DNA of 63,236 nucleotides, filler included, from Reticulomyxa filosa (Eukaryota; Protista; Foraminifera), in assembly GCA_000512085.1 (NCBI GenBank). It is 15 parts of 15 records of this genome, joined end to end, with 100 filler letters (N's around TTAATTAATTAA, not from the genome) between each part and the next. Parts side by side here need not be neighbours in the genome. Positions count along the whole stretch, not along the records: positions 22,047 to 30,510 come from ASPP01023823.1; positions 30,611 to 32,415 come from ASPP01045910.1; positions 32,516 to 39,723 come from ASPP01010007.1; 12 more parts are not named here. One strand, given 5' to 3'. The notes beneath the pieces are model-generated. The model was not told the DNA's origin and ran no database searches. It saw only the letters and a list, made by a program, of their open reading frames with translations. The position numbers and the translations under genes were made by a program. Position 1 is the stretch's first letter. Each line of letters begins with the position of its first letter. Positions 25,259-39,823 of the stretch are shown one piece after another.

Positions 25259-27397
25259 TTATGACATCGCTTGAGTGGAGTTTATTTCACTGCCCTCAGA
25301 ACCATTTCTTTTTTGATTCGACTCTGTTTCTTGCTTTAAGCTTGGTCTAGTTTCTGTGATCAATGTCAAAGCAACCTCACCAAATATGACGTGCTGTATA
25401 CATTGTAAAAATTCAATTCCTAATTGCATTTCGTGTCGACGGTATTCGGTATGGCGCCATTGCTCTTTGGCACCTTTTATAACTAAGCTGCTCTCCAATG
25501 GTTTCAGGTTGCACAGTGCATACCTGATATCTTTGAAAGGAGAGTTAATTATTCTTTTCAGCAAGGGTAACAATCCTTGAGTCAACTAAATGTATTTCTT
25601 TCGTGTTTAAAACTTATAATACTGACTGAACGAAAAACAAAAAGAAGACAAATTAACTTCGCAGGCTATGTCGTTAGTCCCAAAGTACTCCTTGACATTG
25701 ATTGAATTTGGTTCAAAAGTGCGAAACATGTGCCGATTATTGTCGGCTATAATTGTGTTGGATAATGGCCACCCCATTTTGGATAGGTTCTTCAAGTAGA
25801 AAGTCTTGCCTGACAACACCAAATCAGTTAGCATTGTTACATCTTTGCAGCTGTTGTTGTAGTCGTGGTAAGTCGTAATCTCGCAATTGTCACGATAGTA
25901 TACCTTTTTTTTATCGCCAAAAACAATCGCATTGTTCAAAAAAAAAAACACGGACCCCCCCTCTCTTCTTCTCAAACTAATGTACAACTATCCACGTTCA
26001 TCAACAAAACTTCTTTCCACAAACGAATTTCAGAGTCCTCAAAATCACTTTTATTTAAAATGTCAGACCTGCACAGTTCAGCCAGTAATATTCTGTGCAA
26101 GCGCATTAGCATTGCAGAGTACAACTGTTTCATCAAACAAAATGTTCTTTGGTATTTGTCTTTGTAGCCTTGATGATGACCCCCCCCCCTCTCCCCAAAT
26201 ATAATACAAATAAAACATAGTCGAACATCTCTTTGAGCTGCAGTAAACAAAATGACATGGAAATTCTGAGAACACCAATAAAGAAAATTCGCCAAATTTG
26301 GTCGTAGCCTCACCTTTGTGTGTGTTTTCATGTATTGCAAGTTGGAAAGAGAAGAACAAATAAAATGCAAGATAGACACGACAGCTTAACTACAAATCCT
26401 TCATGGACAAAGTCGACACGGTCATATCCCTAGCGTCAAGATACATGTACAACAAAAGATGTTGGTTGTTACTGTCGGGTAAGAACAATAGACCACCAGT
26501 CAAACAAAGAGAGGAAGGGGATTGTATTGGACACAAAACTTGTCGATTGAGAGGGGAATAAAATCATCAAACACATTTTCTTCGAAGAAATTGATTGTGT
26601 ATGGACATTCCGCACAATCATCAAATTGGACTTCACAACTGGCCAAAGAAATGTTGGATACAATACAGCGCTCTTTTCGATTTGGCTTTGTCGTCTTTGC
26701 ATTCACGCGTTTGCCATCGTTTATACTCTTGTTCTCTTCTTCTTCTTCTTCTTCTTCTTCTTCGTTTTCTGCAATGGCAAATAGGGATATCGTGTCACGA
26801 CGAATTGGCAAGTTCTTATGTTTGTATATTTTGTCACTTTCCCAATTTGGTAAAATTGCAATGTTTTATTTTGTATTTGTATTTGTGTGTTTTTGTATTG
26901 TCTCTTTCTTGCACCTGGTTTGAAGTACAGTATCGCTTTACACTGATGCACTCCGACAGATTGGCCACAGGCCGAATTTCCATTTCAAAAGACAACGATT
27001 TAATGTGCCCCAACCTTCCACTGTACTCCACACGGTCTCCCACCCTTAATTCATCCATCATATGTTTACAATACAACAACGTGTTGTCCACGTCCAACAC
27101 CAACACTGGCTTTGTAATGTGCGCATAACGACTTTTACACGTCTTGTTCCATTCACCGAGTTTGGACTGCGTTGAAACATACACTTTTGGGTCGCCACAT
27201 CTTTCCAACTGCCTCAATTCCTCTTCGTCTTTCTTCTTGTTCTTTTTGTCTGACTTTCTTTTACGAGTGCTGGTCACGTTTACCATTTGTTCCCAAATTC
27301 TTCCCAAATACACACTCTTGTTGCCTGTTAGCTCCATAATATCTTCAGGTGTCAACACTGTTAGAAAAAAAAACCAGTCTCCTTTTCTTAAGTCCAT
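25259..27397 (-). CDS. FCP/SCP (NIF)-type HAD phosphatase, multi-exon
   Basis: PVLVLDVDNTLL (DxDxT), VRLRPNLANFL..F.VILFTAA, YYRDNC, YLKNLSKMGWPLSNTIIADN...EPNSINVKEYFG. Confidence 0.85.
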
Positions 27398-29365
27398 TAT
27401 TTACTTTTATTACTGTGCTATATCTAACTGTCAATTGCTGCCATTGTCCGACTTGAAGTAATCATCTTTGTAAATCTTGTTTTCCCTTTGAATGCAGTCC
27501 CCTGGAAAATTTACGAATGAAACAAAGAAAAGGTAACTGCAAAGTTAAACTGCTTATGAACTTTGTTTTTAGCACTGTTCTTAGGCTAAGGATAGAATAA
27601 AAAATTTGATTTAATTTATAAAAAATGAAGAAAATACGAAATCGCTTTGAACTTAGCAACTATTGTTTGCGCATTTTTTGTTATTACTTGCATATCTTTT
27701 ACAAAGTTGAACAAATGTCTTGAACCCTATCTTCAATCATTCCTTTGAAGGTTAGACAGTGCATTATTTGATATTTTTCATGATACATTAGTGCGTACGT
27801 GTGTATTGTATATAGGACCCACTCAAATTCTTGATATCACTGTGTATTGTGGTTCGATTGCATAACAATGTGTTACTAGTTAGGCTATCGTGATTTGTAT
27901 AAATACGTACTTTTCAATAATTGTAGTATAAACATAAGTAGTTTTGTATTCAATTATTGCCAAAATTATAGTTTTAGTTAGCATTGAAATTATTTTTAAG
28001 TTAATTTACTATTTTATTCTATGCCTTTTGTTTGTGTATTAAGTATTTTTTTCCATTACTATTTTTTGTCAAATCTTTGAATAAAAAAATAAGATGACAT
28101 TTTAGGCCTCAGCTTTCTTTTTTATTCTATTGTTTGTGTTTCTAAAATATTTCTTTTTTGTAGTTTTGTCTGTTTAATTGAGTTGTATTGTGTGAATGAC
28201 ATACTGCCGCTTCAATGATAAATTTTTTGATTTACTGTATATCATCATAAGCTATGCCCTAATGTCTTCAATAATTTATCAACTTTCAACAACTTATTTC
28301 CGCTATAGTAGTTCGCAATACATACGTAATATATCTTTGTCCAATATTATATCACTCAATTCATCAGTGGTTTCTATTTTGTTTGGCCACATTAAAATTC
28401 TTTTTTTTATCATTAGTAATGTTATACTTGCACATTCTAATTATCTGTATAAATGAATTACTCTTTAGATTAACAACATGTTACGTCTTGCTTTTACTAT
28501 AGATGTTATTTTTGCAATTGTTTCAACATGTTGTGATATTCCTTTTTTGTGGTTGAGATATCGCGAAATAATTTGCTATTTTGCAATAATTCATGAGCCG
28601 ATTAAAAATATTGTAGTGAGTCACAAGCAAAAATTAGCTCTCTAAGATTAGCGTAGTCCCACTGTAAATATCTCTGAATTTGTAGTATCATTTGGGTGCT
28701 TTTGAAAAGGTGGAGTTTGAAAAATGGTCACAAATAAAATTGAGAATAAAAGATTTGTGCATTACAAAAAAAAAAAGACAATAAAATCGTGATATGCATT
28801 TCTTCTTGAGGACTAACTCTCCGCGATACGCATCTCCAAGACACACATAATCCATATTGTCAAAGTAATTAATTTTAACAAAGAACTTTACATATGATCT
28901 TCGAATTTGTAGTAATCTTTAAAAAGTAATTTTGAATTATTCCGAAAGTTTATTGTAATGAAAACGGATCACAAAATTACACACCAAGATTTTGTACTGC
29001 TTCTTAAAAAAGGATTTAGGGAAAAAAAAAGAATAAAAAAACAACTCACCTAATAACCGAAACAACCAATAACATTCAAGAAGAAAAAGACAGAAAAAAA
29101 ATCAAAACATGATCAGAATAAAATAAAAACGGAAAAAAAGACCTCGAAGCACTTGTAAAGGATGAACAAATTTATTTAAAAAATTGTTTCTCTTCGAGTT
29201 GTATGGATTGATTTGTGCTTATCTGTTACTACTGGATCTGATAGTGCCATAAGTGTTGTAAAGAGTAAACGAAACGAATCAAAACGAAACAGAACAAAAA
29301 AAAAGAAAACAAGATAAAAAGAAAAACGATATAAAAAAAGTATAAAAGATACAAGGAGTTTTGTT

Positions 29366-30402
29366 CTATAGTGTATTTTGGTGAGAAGATAGAAGGTATT
29401 CAACTCCATGATTCGACAGTTGGAAGTGACGATTCAAACTGCACTGATTGGTAAACTTTCGATGGCAAATCGTGCAACAAAAAGGTTTCTCACCTATGAG
29501 TGTCATCGGAGGGAGAATATTGTATTCGAACATAGAGTAAAACAAAACAACACTCACTTTTTTTTGTAATGTTTGCCTTGTTATGTTATGCTTTATTTAG
29601 AAAATATAGCGTAAAGGTACCTGAATGAATGTTCAAATGGTCAACCAACTGATTTTTACGATTAAATTGTTTGTTGCAATATTCGCACAACAGCACCTGT
29701 TCAGCTATAATTATTTCCAACAATGTGTTTTAGGTTATGCAGATAACAAAACAAACAAACAATTGTGAAAAAAAACAAACAATTGACGGGTGTGCCAGCG
29801 GCTCCAAAATTCAGTAAGAGAGGAAGTAATCGCGGCTGAGTGTCACTGACAACAGTGGACAAACTCAAAAGTGAGTCGCTGTTGTTGTTGTTTGAGTTTT
29901 GTTGACTGACAACATATACACAAACGTTTGCACTATCGCTCGTTGGAATTACGTTTTTGTTGCCGAGAATATTTATTTGGTTAGAACCAAGATTTATGCT
30001 CTGATTTGAATTCAGAGCTGGATTGGGGTTCTGATTTGGCACTAGACTTGAATTCAAATTCGAACTAGAATTTGGACTTGGGTTCGGAATTGGATTTAAG
30101 TTCAAATTGCTATTGGCCTTGTGGTCATTGGTATGATCATGTTTGCAAGTGTGATTAAAGTCATTATGGGCATGAGCACGACTATGAGTATGGGTGCAAT
30201 TGTATTCGTATTTGTGGTTACAGCTACTTTGAGAAACGCCGACACAATTGTCTTGACACAATCCAACTGTTGAGGGAAGACTTATTTGTGTATCCTCTAT
30301 TCTTGTCGTCGCAGTATTCAACGATTTGTTGTGATGGGTCTTTAGCATATCCATTAAACTGCTGACTGCTGCTTGTTCTTTTTCCGTTAAATGTGTCGGC
30401 AT
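29366..30402 (-). CDS. C2H2 zinc-finger protein with N/H/P-rich low-complexity N-terminus
   Basis: Exons encode CEYCNKQFNRKNQLVDHLNIHS|GEKPFCCTICHRKFTNQCSLNRH (two fingers with the HSGEKPF linker). Confidence 0.85.
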
Positions 30403-30610
30403 TTTTTTCTATTTTTTTTTTTATACGTTTTTCATTTCCGTTCTTTTTTTTATACGTGTAATTTTAAAAATTATAACTTTTTACAAGGGGTTCATTACAA
30501 TCGGTGGCCANNNNNNNNNNNNNNNNNNNNNNNNNNNNNNNNNNNNNNNNNNNNTTAATTAATTAANNNNNNNNNNNNNNNNNNNNNNNNNNNNNNNNNN
30601 NNNNNNNNNN

Positions 30611-31285
<675 letters not shown>

Positions 31286-31899
31286 GAAGAAGTTTTTATT
31301 GGGGGAAAAAAAAGTGTTTTGATTTTTGGAAAAATTAATTGATTGCGTTTTTTTGAATTGATGTGCCTCGTCTCTAAATGACGAATTCTAAGAATTTACA
31401 CATATAAAAAAGATTCGTAATATTTTTTGAAGTGCGGATTTTTAATACCCAAAAAAAAACAAACGAAAATGTGCAAGCTTTTGGCCAAGCAGTGCATGTC
31501 ACTTCTATTTCACTGATTTTGATTTAGTTTTTTGATATATTGTTCTTTAAAAAAAGGTGTGGAGCTTAAGATAAATACTATCTCTAAATTTTAAGGAATT
31601 CCAGTGATAAAATGTGGTAGTTTCTCTTTTTTTTCCCCCAAAACGACTTTTTTATTAACTTCCATTTTGTTTATGAAAAGTCAACACCTGGTTTAATTAT
31701 TCACTTTTCTGTGCCAGTGTTACAAAAAAAAAACGGATGAATTCCTTGTCCCTCCTGCCCAAAAGGACGAGAAATAAGCCCAGTGTAAGGACTTGCCCTA
31801 CAAAATCAAGGTTTTTTACAATACTCATCATTTAATAAGTGAATATTTAAAAATAACACTAGATTTATTTGAATACAAAAACAAAACAAAATAGCGTAA

Positions 31900-32415
31900 C
31901 ATAATTAATAATAATTTTATTAAATTCGTCAATCCATCCTAACTTTACACTGAAAATTCGAATCCAATTTTGGGTTATTACTTGTATTTGTTTTTTGGAC
32001 TATTTTTGATTTGATATGTCGCTATTATACAGTGGTAACGTGTTTGAAAAACAGTGATGAAAACTTACAAACGCTGGTGTTGTATCCTCCTTTTTATTGG
32101 AATGAATATGCATTTTTCACTACTTCTGTTGGGAATTAATCAATACTGTGCCGTCAAATGAAAATTGTATATTATTTACATTGCCCCGATATCCTTTCAT
32201 TTGCATTATCTCCTGTCCAGATTCTACATCCCATAATCGAATTGTTTTGTCACTTGAGCAAGACACAATCATATTTCCATCACATGAAAACTGTGCACAA
32301 TGGACAGCATTTGTATGTCCTATTAGCATCTGATTGTCTTCTTTTAATGTTGTATCTAATATTGTGACTGTTCCATTACCAAAGCCTAAAACGACTTTGC
32401 TATTATCGTGTGAAA
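31900..32415 (-). pseudogene. WD40-repeat fragment followed by a GWIDEFN-motif exon
   Basis: LIGHTNAVHCAQFSCDGNMIVSCSSDKTIRLWDVESG is a WD40 repeat and stops early. Downstream QIQVITQNWIRIFSVKLGWIDEFNKIIINY is flanked by AG/GT. Confidence 0.65.
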
Positions 32416-32515
32416 NNNNNNNNNNNNNNNNNNNNNNNNNNNNNNNNNNNNNNNNNNNNTTAATTAATTAANNNNNNNNNNNNNNNNNNNNNNNNNNNNN
32501 NNNNNNNNNNNNNNN

Positions 32516-32552
<37 letters not shown>

Positions 32553-32555
<3 letters not shown>

Positions 32556-35049
32556 GTCGAATAGAAAAAAGCTGGAATTGGTTAGGCACATTCAATTTGC
32601 AGACGATTCAAAATCGTCTCAAATCTTCGCTGGTGGATGAAGGTAAGTACAATGAAGCGCTTGAGAAAACAGACGATCCCTCTTTGGCTGCCAACCATAT
32701 ATCAGCATCGTCAGCAGCAACAGCTCATCATCACTACCTTTGGGCTCGTCAACAGTGCCACCCGCAATCACAACTCCTGCCACAAATGCAATTGAGCTAG
32801 CTTCAGTCTCGACCGTCATCAACCCTGTTACTGACCAACAAGCAGCTCAGCATGCAAATACAGCATCGTCGTCGTCGTCTTCAAATGAAAACACTTTTGG
32901 CTTTCAAAGCCTATTGGAATCCTTAGTTCGCATTCCATCTACGATTGTCAATAGTGCTTTGCATAGCACCAGTGGTAGCAATAATAACAATAACAGTAAT
33001 AACAGTGAACAAATAATGGAAGCAACAAGAAGGAGGAGTACAGAGGACGACGAAAAAGCCAGACAAGTGATGACTGGTCTGGATCGTGACGACGACGACG
33101 AAAAATCCATGACAACGCACGCTTCCAACGCGAATCAAATACCAACGACAACAGTATCGACAGTATCAGCAGTAACAGCGACAATGCCACTGACGACGAC
33201 GACAGGGGGCAACGAGAACAACGCAGCGTTGCATAACCATGGCAATGTGATCGCGCAGCCCATTGCAATGGCGGCAATGATCACGAGCCTGTCTGCTTCG
33301 ACGTCGACATCGATGGAAGAGACTCTCGTCGAAAACAAAGAAAAGGAAGAAGAGATAACCGAGGAAGAAAGACAATGGCAAACCTACGAAGAGCAATGCG
33401 CCGCGTTCAGCTACACCGCCGACTTTGCGCCCTTGTCTCTGCGAAAGATCCGTTTGAATGGGTATTGGATACTGTCGCAGCCAATGATTCGAATCATTGG
33501 ATGTCTGTCCTTTGTCGTGCATTTGGAGATTTCCCACTTTTATGTGCGATCGCTGGAAGGGCTGGATTTGAGTTGTTTGGACAGAATTCGAGAATTACGA
33601 ATGGTGCGTCAATTGAAGCTATTATCCATTATCAGATCCACCAAGGCAGAGTCCAAAATTGACTCCAATCTTTTATCAAGAGTTTTATTATATATATATA
33701 TATATGTATGTGTATATACATGTATTTTGCATTCACATATACTTTATCTTTTTGTATGCAAATAGTTTATTGAAAAGATTGGCTCCACTGCATTAACCAT
33801 TGGCTTACGATGGGACCCATTGCCGGAAGAAGCCCCTGCTGCTTCCACCAACGCCAATCAGCCTCCGAACTTGGACTTACAGGCTCCATCGCATTCGTCG
33901 GAAGCCGGGCCAACGGCCACAGCGGCAACTCTGACTTTGCAGAAATCACAGACAAAAGAAGACGATGTGCGCAGAAGCAAGGAAGAGAATGCCAAAGCGA
34001 AAAAAGCGACAAATGGAAACGGTGATAATGATAACGACGACGACGACGGTGAGTATGATGATGAAGAATACAAGCGAATGACAGATACGGAGGCACTCCC
34101 GAAAACAGTTTCCGAAGCGTGGAGAAGAGTGTTCAAACGCTTGCCAAGTAATATGCGTTCGCTGCGACTGCACTTTGGAGAAAACGACATTTTGCAGACC
34201 AATGCTGTGAAACAACTCATGCATTTGGATAATATCAAATGCTTCACACTTCATGGCGATCCTGGACTGACGCAAGAGCTGGAAGCATGGAGTCAAGTGT
34301 TTTCTCGCTGGTCCAAGCTTCGCTATGTGGTTTTAGGACATCGAGGTAGCACTGGCCATTTGGAGCTACCCCGACAAATTTTGGAGTCTTTGCCATCCAA
34401 TTTGCCCGAATTAGCATTAAATGTTACACATAGCAGTGTCGAAAGTTACATCTTTGAACTATACATATACACAAACACACACACATACACACATGCATGC
34501 ACATACACGCACATGCAAAGTGTGAATATATCTGCAAAAACATGTCACTCCAACAAATGCTTTACAAATCCCTCCCCCCCCCCCCCCCTTTGCTAATAAA
34601 AAGATGTGATATGGTATTTGGACAACGTTGTGAAACCGAGTAAATTTTTACGAATCAATCTCCACATTATCCCAGAAGACCCAAACCATGTGAATTCCAT
34701 TCACATTCATCCCAATCTCATTAATTCGCTGAGCAAGTTTGAAAACTTGGAAACGGCATATTTAAAATGTGGTGTCATGTCCAAAGAACAAATTGAATAC
34801 TTACTTCAAAGCTGCAAAAAATTGTCATTTGTTGGTTTCGGGATTGACGTGGAAATGGGAGAAAAAATTACATCTTTAATTCGAACCTATGGATTTGATA
34901 AAATTGTTGTCAAAACAGATATCAATTGGCTAATTGCTGTCAAATCATATGATGCTAATCTTTTGGATCCTTCTCGATGTATTCATCCTGTTTTAGAAGC
35001 CTTTGATGAAAAATCTGACAAAGGAAGACAAGATTCTCTTGACGAATAA
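32553..35049 (+). CDS. Large protein with RNI-like leucine-rich repeats and low-complexity T/S/N/D/E inserts, multi-exon, probably 5' truncated
   Basis: LRKIRLNG, VVHLEISHF, MRSLRLHFG, SKLRYVVLG, FENLETAYLKC, LLQSCKKLSFVGFG (LxxLxL pattern). GC-richer exons are separated by (TA)/(CA)-rich introns. Confidence 0.6.
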
Positions 35050-36027
35050 CTTACTATTCTAACAACTCAAAAAAAAAAAAAAGCCTAATGGAAATCGAAA
35101 AAATCGAATAACACATCGAAACGAGTTTTGCTGTTATGGTTTTTTTTTCTCTTTTTCGTTTGAGGGTCTGCACTTTGGGACGGTGCTTTAAAAGTGTTTG
35201 TGATGGTATTGAGTTTTTTTTCCCCCTTTGTTTTGTTTGTTCGTTCGTTTTTGTGCTTGTGCTATGCTTGCTCTGGCGTAGTGTTATTGTGATATGTACT
35301 CACTTCTACTTTTTTTTTTTTTGCTTTCCTATTTTGGCAATCGCACAAAAATTTTTCTTCACTGAATTTTTTTTTAATCTTTCAAAGTTTCGCTATCCTT
35401 TTGAAACAAGTACAACTTTTGTATGTTTTATTATTCAAAAGCTTCTACTGAAAATGAATGGACAACAGGAATATTGTGAAAAACAGTTTTCCACAGAAAG
35501 GATAAACATTAAATAGATATGCATATTCTGAGTGCAAAGGTAAACTCAATGCTCTTTTTCGTTTTCACTGGTTAAAACTGCCACTTCAAATAAAATAGAC
35601 TGCATGTTATGTTATTTTATTAAACAAAGATTGTTATGATCTGGAGGGTTTTGTATTTTTGATGTTTAATTTTATTGATTATATATTATTCCAGATATAT
35701 TTGGATTGATTGTATTGAAATTAATAGTTCTGTCGTTGGATGCAATCGTTTGCCCAACATGTCATATCTTGTCTTTGTTATGATATGTGATATTTGTCAC
35801 TTGATAAGTCTTTATTTATTTTTTGTAATAGCGGTATAAATTTGGAAATTGAGTTGGAAAAATAAACTGTTTTTAAATAAAGAATCGTTTTGTAGTTACT
35901 TATGACTCGCTTCACATAGTCTCGTATTACAGCATAATACTTCTTTCATTTCTGAAAACAAACTAAGATACAACCCAAAAACGTTGGTTTTTGGAAAGTT
36001 TTTTAAAAATGAATTATTGAACTGAGG

Positions 36028-39000
36028 ATGACATCTGTTGACAGTCACAAAATCTCATGTCCATCTATTTTCTTTGAAGCCGAAAATGAAAATAATACAA
36101 CACAATTGTATTCAATCCATTGTAAACGCTTGGATGTGGATGTGGAGTGTTACGTGTCGACTGCAATTGTCTCAATGAGAGGAGAATGGACAAACCAAAC
36201 TGACAGCACAGTTTTTACATAGTTTTTTTAGGGAGTTATTTTATTTTGTGCACATTGGCACATGTCTTGGTTGAGAACGAACCATCCCATAACTGCAAAA
36301 ATGGTTATATATCTTTATGGGGGGGGTGTTGATTTTTTTTTTAAATCAGTTGGACTGCATTTTTGCGTTGCCAACTCCAGGCACAGTGATGAATGTGACT
36401 TTGAATATTGGGAGCGACCGAGTGATAACAACAGCAATTGTGTCCAATAAAGACAGGGATGAGCTGCTCAAAGTTAAAACAGCATCAAAGAGGGAGAAAG
36501 GAGGACACACTATCCGCTGACATATACATGTACATGTATGTATATTTACGTGCACATATACATATTTATATATGTATACGTATCTATAAGCGCGTATATA
36601 CGTAATAATAATGATAATAATAAAAAGAACCATGCAGCATCAGAAGAGACTGTAGATATAATACCGGAGCCAGCAAACCCATACGAGCAATATTTGGCAG
36701 ATTTATTTCGCCTGCCGATTTACGATGTGAAGGCAGGCGACACTATTCGAATACAGTGTCAATATTTGCAAACATTGGAATACGTGAAGAAAGGCTACGG
36801 CCTCTTGATCAAGTTGAAATTTCCTGTCAGCACAATAAGCGAGAATACAACGTGGGACGACATTGTCAAAGTGCGTTGTAAAATTAATGCTTTATCACCG
36901 AATACCAAAGTAAAGTAATTTTTTTTTTTTTTGTCTCTTTTTTTTTTTTTTTTTGGTTGTTACGTACTCTAAAAATATACATAATTTTATGGGTGTGGAA
37001 AAACTTGCGCACATCACTGTCAGATACACGTATATTCGCACGAAGTGAAGCAAGAACAATTAAAGGATGGCAGTCATATAGTTGAAACAACAAGATGTAA
37101 GGAAGAAAAGACTGAAAATGAAGACAATCACTATTTAATTGTCAGTCGTATAAACCACCCTCTTTCTTTTTTTTTTAAAAAAAAAAAATATATATACGTA
37201 ATATATTCGAAGATTTTTTTTTAAACTTCTTATAAATGAATGAATGAAAAATCCCCTTTTTTTTTAAAAAAAATAAAAAATAAAAAAAGAATTCTTTGAG
37301 TGAGTGCGGACGCGATTTCGAATTGTATTATAATGTACAAAGCGACACGGTGGCAGTACATGCAATACGTAAGGGCCACGAAGAGGAAGAGGAAGAGGAA
37401 GAGGAGGAGAGGGACGAAAACAGCTCCGAGAAGGACTCGATGTGTTTGTTTGTAACGCCGCCGGCAAAACCTCAATATACATTCGGACGCGCTCTGTTTT
37501 TCTTGTTGGATCGGTCGGGGTCGATGGGCGGGGATGTGTTCGTCGAGGCGGCCAAAGCATTGATGCATGGTCTGGACGAGTTGAGAGAAAGCGACCAATT
37601 TGCCATCTGCGTATTCGACCATCGACAGATCTACTTCCGAGTCACGCTAGTGGATGCCACCCCGGAAAACATTAGCCTCGCCAAAGAATGGGTCATGAAC
37701 TACTCTCCAGACAAAGGGACAACCGTTATGGACCTGCCCATCCAAAAGGCCTTGGAAGTGTTGGACACCAGTGCATTGCTGCCCTTTATCATACTTATCA
37801 CCGATGGCGCCGTCAAAAATGAAAGAGAGATTTGCAATGACATCAGTCAAAGAAATAATCTTCGAACGAGGATTTTCACTTTAGGAATTGGGACCTATTG
37901 TAATTGGTTTTCCTAAAAGTTTATATATATGTATATATGTATGTATATATATATATATAATATATATACATATATATGTACATATATGTATATATGTATA
38001 TATATATACATATATACATATATGTACATATATGTACATATATATACATATATGTTTCATATTTCAATGTTATAAACAAACAAAAAAAAATAATAATAAT
38101 AATGTGCATTGTACATAACCTCATATGAAACAGATGCTGGCGAAATTAGGGAGAGGCTTTAACGACATTGTTGTGCGTCGTGAAAAAGTTGGTCCGAAAA
38201 CCAGACATTTAATGCAATTGGCCAATCTTCCGATCTTGACGGATGTTGAAATTGGATATCCTGTTGACGATTTGGAAATCTATCCATTTCCTGTACCCGA
38301 CCTTTTTGCGAATGCGCCAATTGTGATCGCGACGAACTTCAAGAAGTCGAAAGATAATCCCAAAAAAGCCACAGTGAAAGGATATGAGGCCTCTGGAAGC
38401 GAAATCAAAATCCCCGTCAATATCAGAGCCACTCCAAATATCCCTGTGGACAAAATATTCGCGAAAGAAAGGCTTGATTTGTTGACGGCGCAAGCGTGGC
38501 TTTTGGAAGATGAAAAGAGCGAAGAGCTGGTCGTGCAAGAATCTATTGCACATTGCATTCCTTCGCAATATACTTCTATCGTTGCGTTTGAGACGCGGCA
38601 AGAGGCATTAAAGGAAAGAAATTTGGCTGATGATGGTGATGATAATGAAAAATATGATTCTTCAAAGACCAGAGTCAAGTCCACAAGATGGGCCTTGGTT
38701 AATGAAATAAATCTCTTTTCCATTTTTATTTTATTTTGTTTTGTTTTGTTTTGTTTTGTTTTGGAGGGAACAACAGATTCATTGTATCTTGCTTTGTGTA
38801 TGTATATGTGTGTGTGTATAAATAAATATCTTATGACAGCTGAGAAATAATAAAGACACTGTTGCCGCTTTGGCCATCGGTGGTACGATCATTACAGTTG
38901 CTTCATCACTGGCCTCGTTTGGTGACATCAAATCCAGTTTGGAAAATCTTCCAGTGCTTGGCTCCGAACTTGCCATGTTATTTATATATGTGCTTTACTT

Positions 39001-39156
39001 TACACTGCATATTTCAATTATGGTGAGTTTTGCATGTCCTTTTTTTTTTTTCTTAGAGGCGATGAAGCTTGCCCATGCCTGGATTGTGTAGAGTGTGAAA
39101 TTGAAAGTGGTCATATCGAATGTCATTGTAATGATGACGAATGTTCGATTCTATAA
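36028..39156 (+). CDS. VIT + von Willebrand A domain protein (inter-alpha-trypsin inhibitor heavy chain-related), multi-exon
   Basis: VIT-like N-terminus (CIFALPT..TV). MIDAS FLLDRSGSM, GTT, LITDGAV, RIFTLGIG.YCN.F. Last exon is Cys-rich and ends CSIL*. Confidence 0.85.
37921..38055. repeat. (TA)/(TG)/(CA) microsatellite in intron
   Basis: Imperfect TATATG/TATACA array; it explains the YIYI ORFs. A similar array lies at ~55695-55775. Confidence 0.85.
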
Positions 39157-39823
39157 AGTGACTGTTAAAACATAAACGAGCTAAAATGGTGAAATCTTTA
39201 ATTGATATTGTTTTTTGTCTTGTTTTGTTAAAGAAATGGGGCTTTTTTTTCTTTCGAATTCTAATGGGTTCGCTGTATCTATGAGACTCCCCATCCGTTA
39301 GAACTTGATGAAATTACTATTAAGATCGCTGATAATTTACTATTACAATAATTTTTTTCTTTAACGTGCAAATTTGAAAAAAATGAAATCACAAAAATGT
39401 AACGCAAAAAAAATGATTAAAGTGAAAAGGGAAAAAGTCGGGAATCCACAATCTTCTTGACAAACTTACAAGCGATGTGACATGATTCAAAGTAAAAATC
39501 TATTCTCTTGGATATTGAGCGTTCCCACCCATTCCCTGCCCGGAGCCAAACAGAAACCAGAACAAGAATCCGTAACATATATCCACAAAGTTCATCTACC
39601 ACTTGGGAAACACTTTGGAAAAAGAAGAAAAAAAATAATCAATAAATACAAGTCAAAGTAAAATATATCATTTCTGCAATTTTTTTTGTGATTAAACAAA
39701 CAAATATTTTTTGATAAGATGATNNNNNNNNNNNNNNNNNNNNNNNNNNNNNNNNNNNNNNNNNNNNTTAATTAATTAANNNNNNNNNNNNNNNNNNNNN
39801 NNNNNNNNNNNNNNNNNNNNNNN

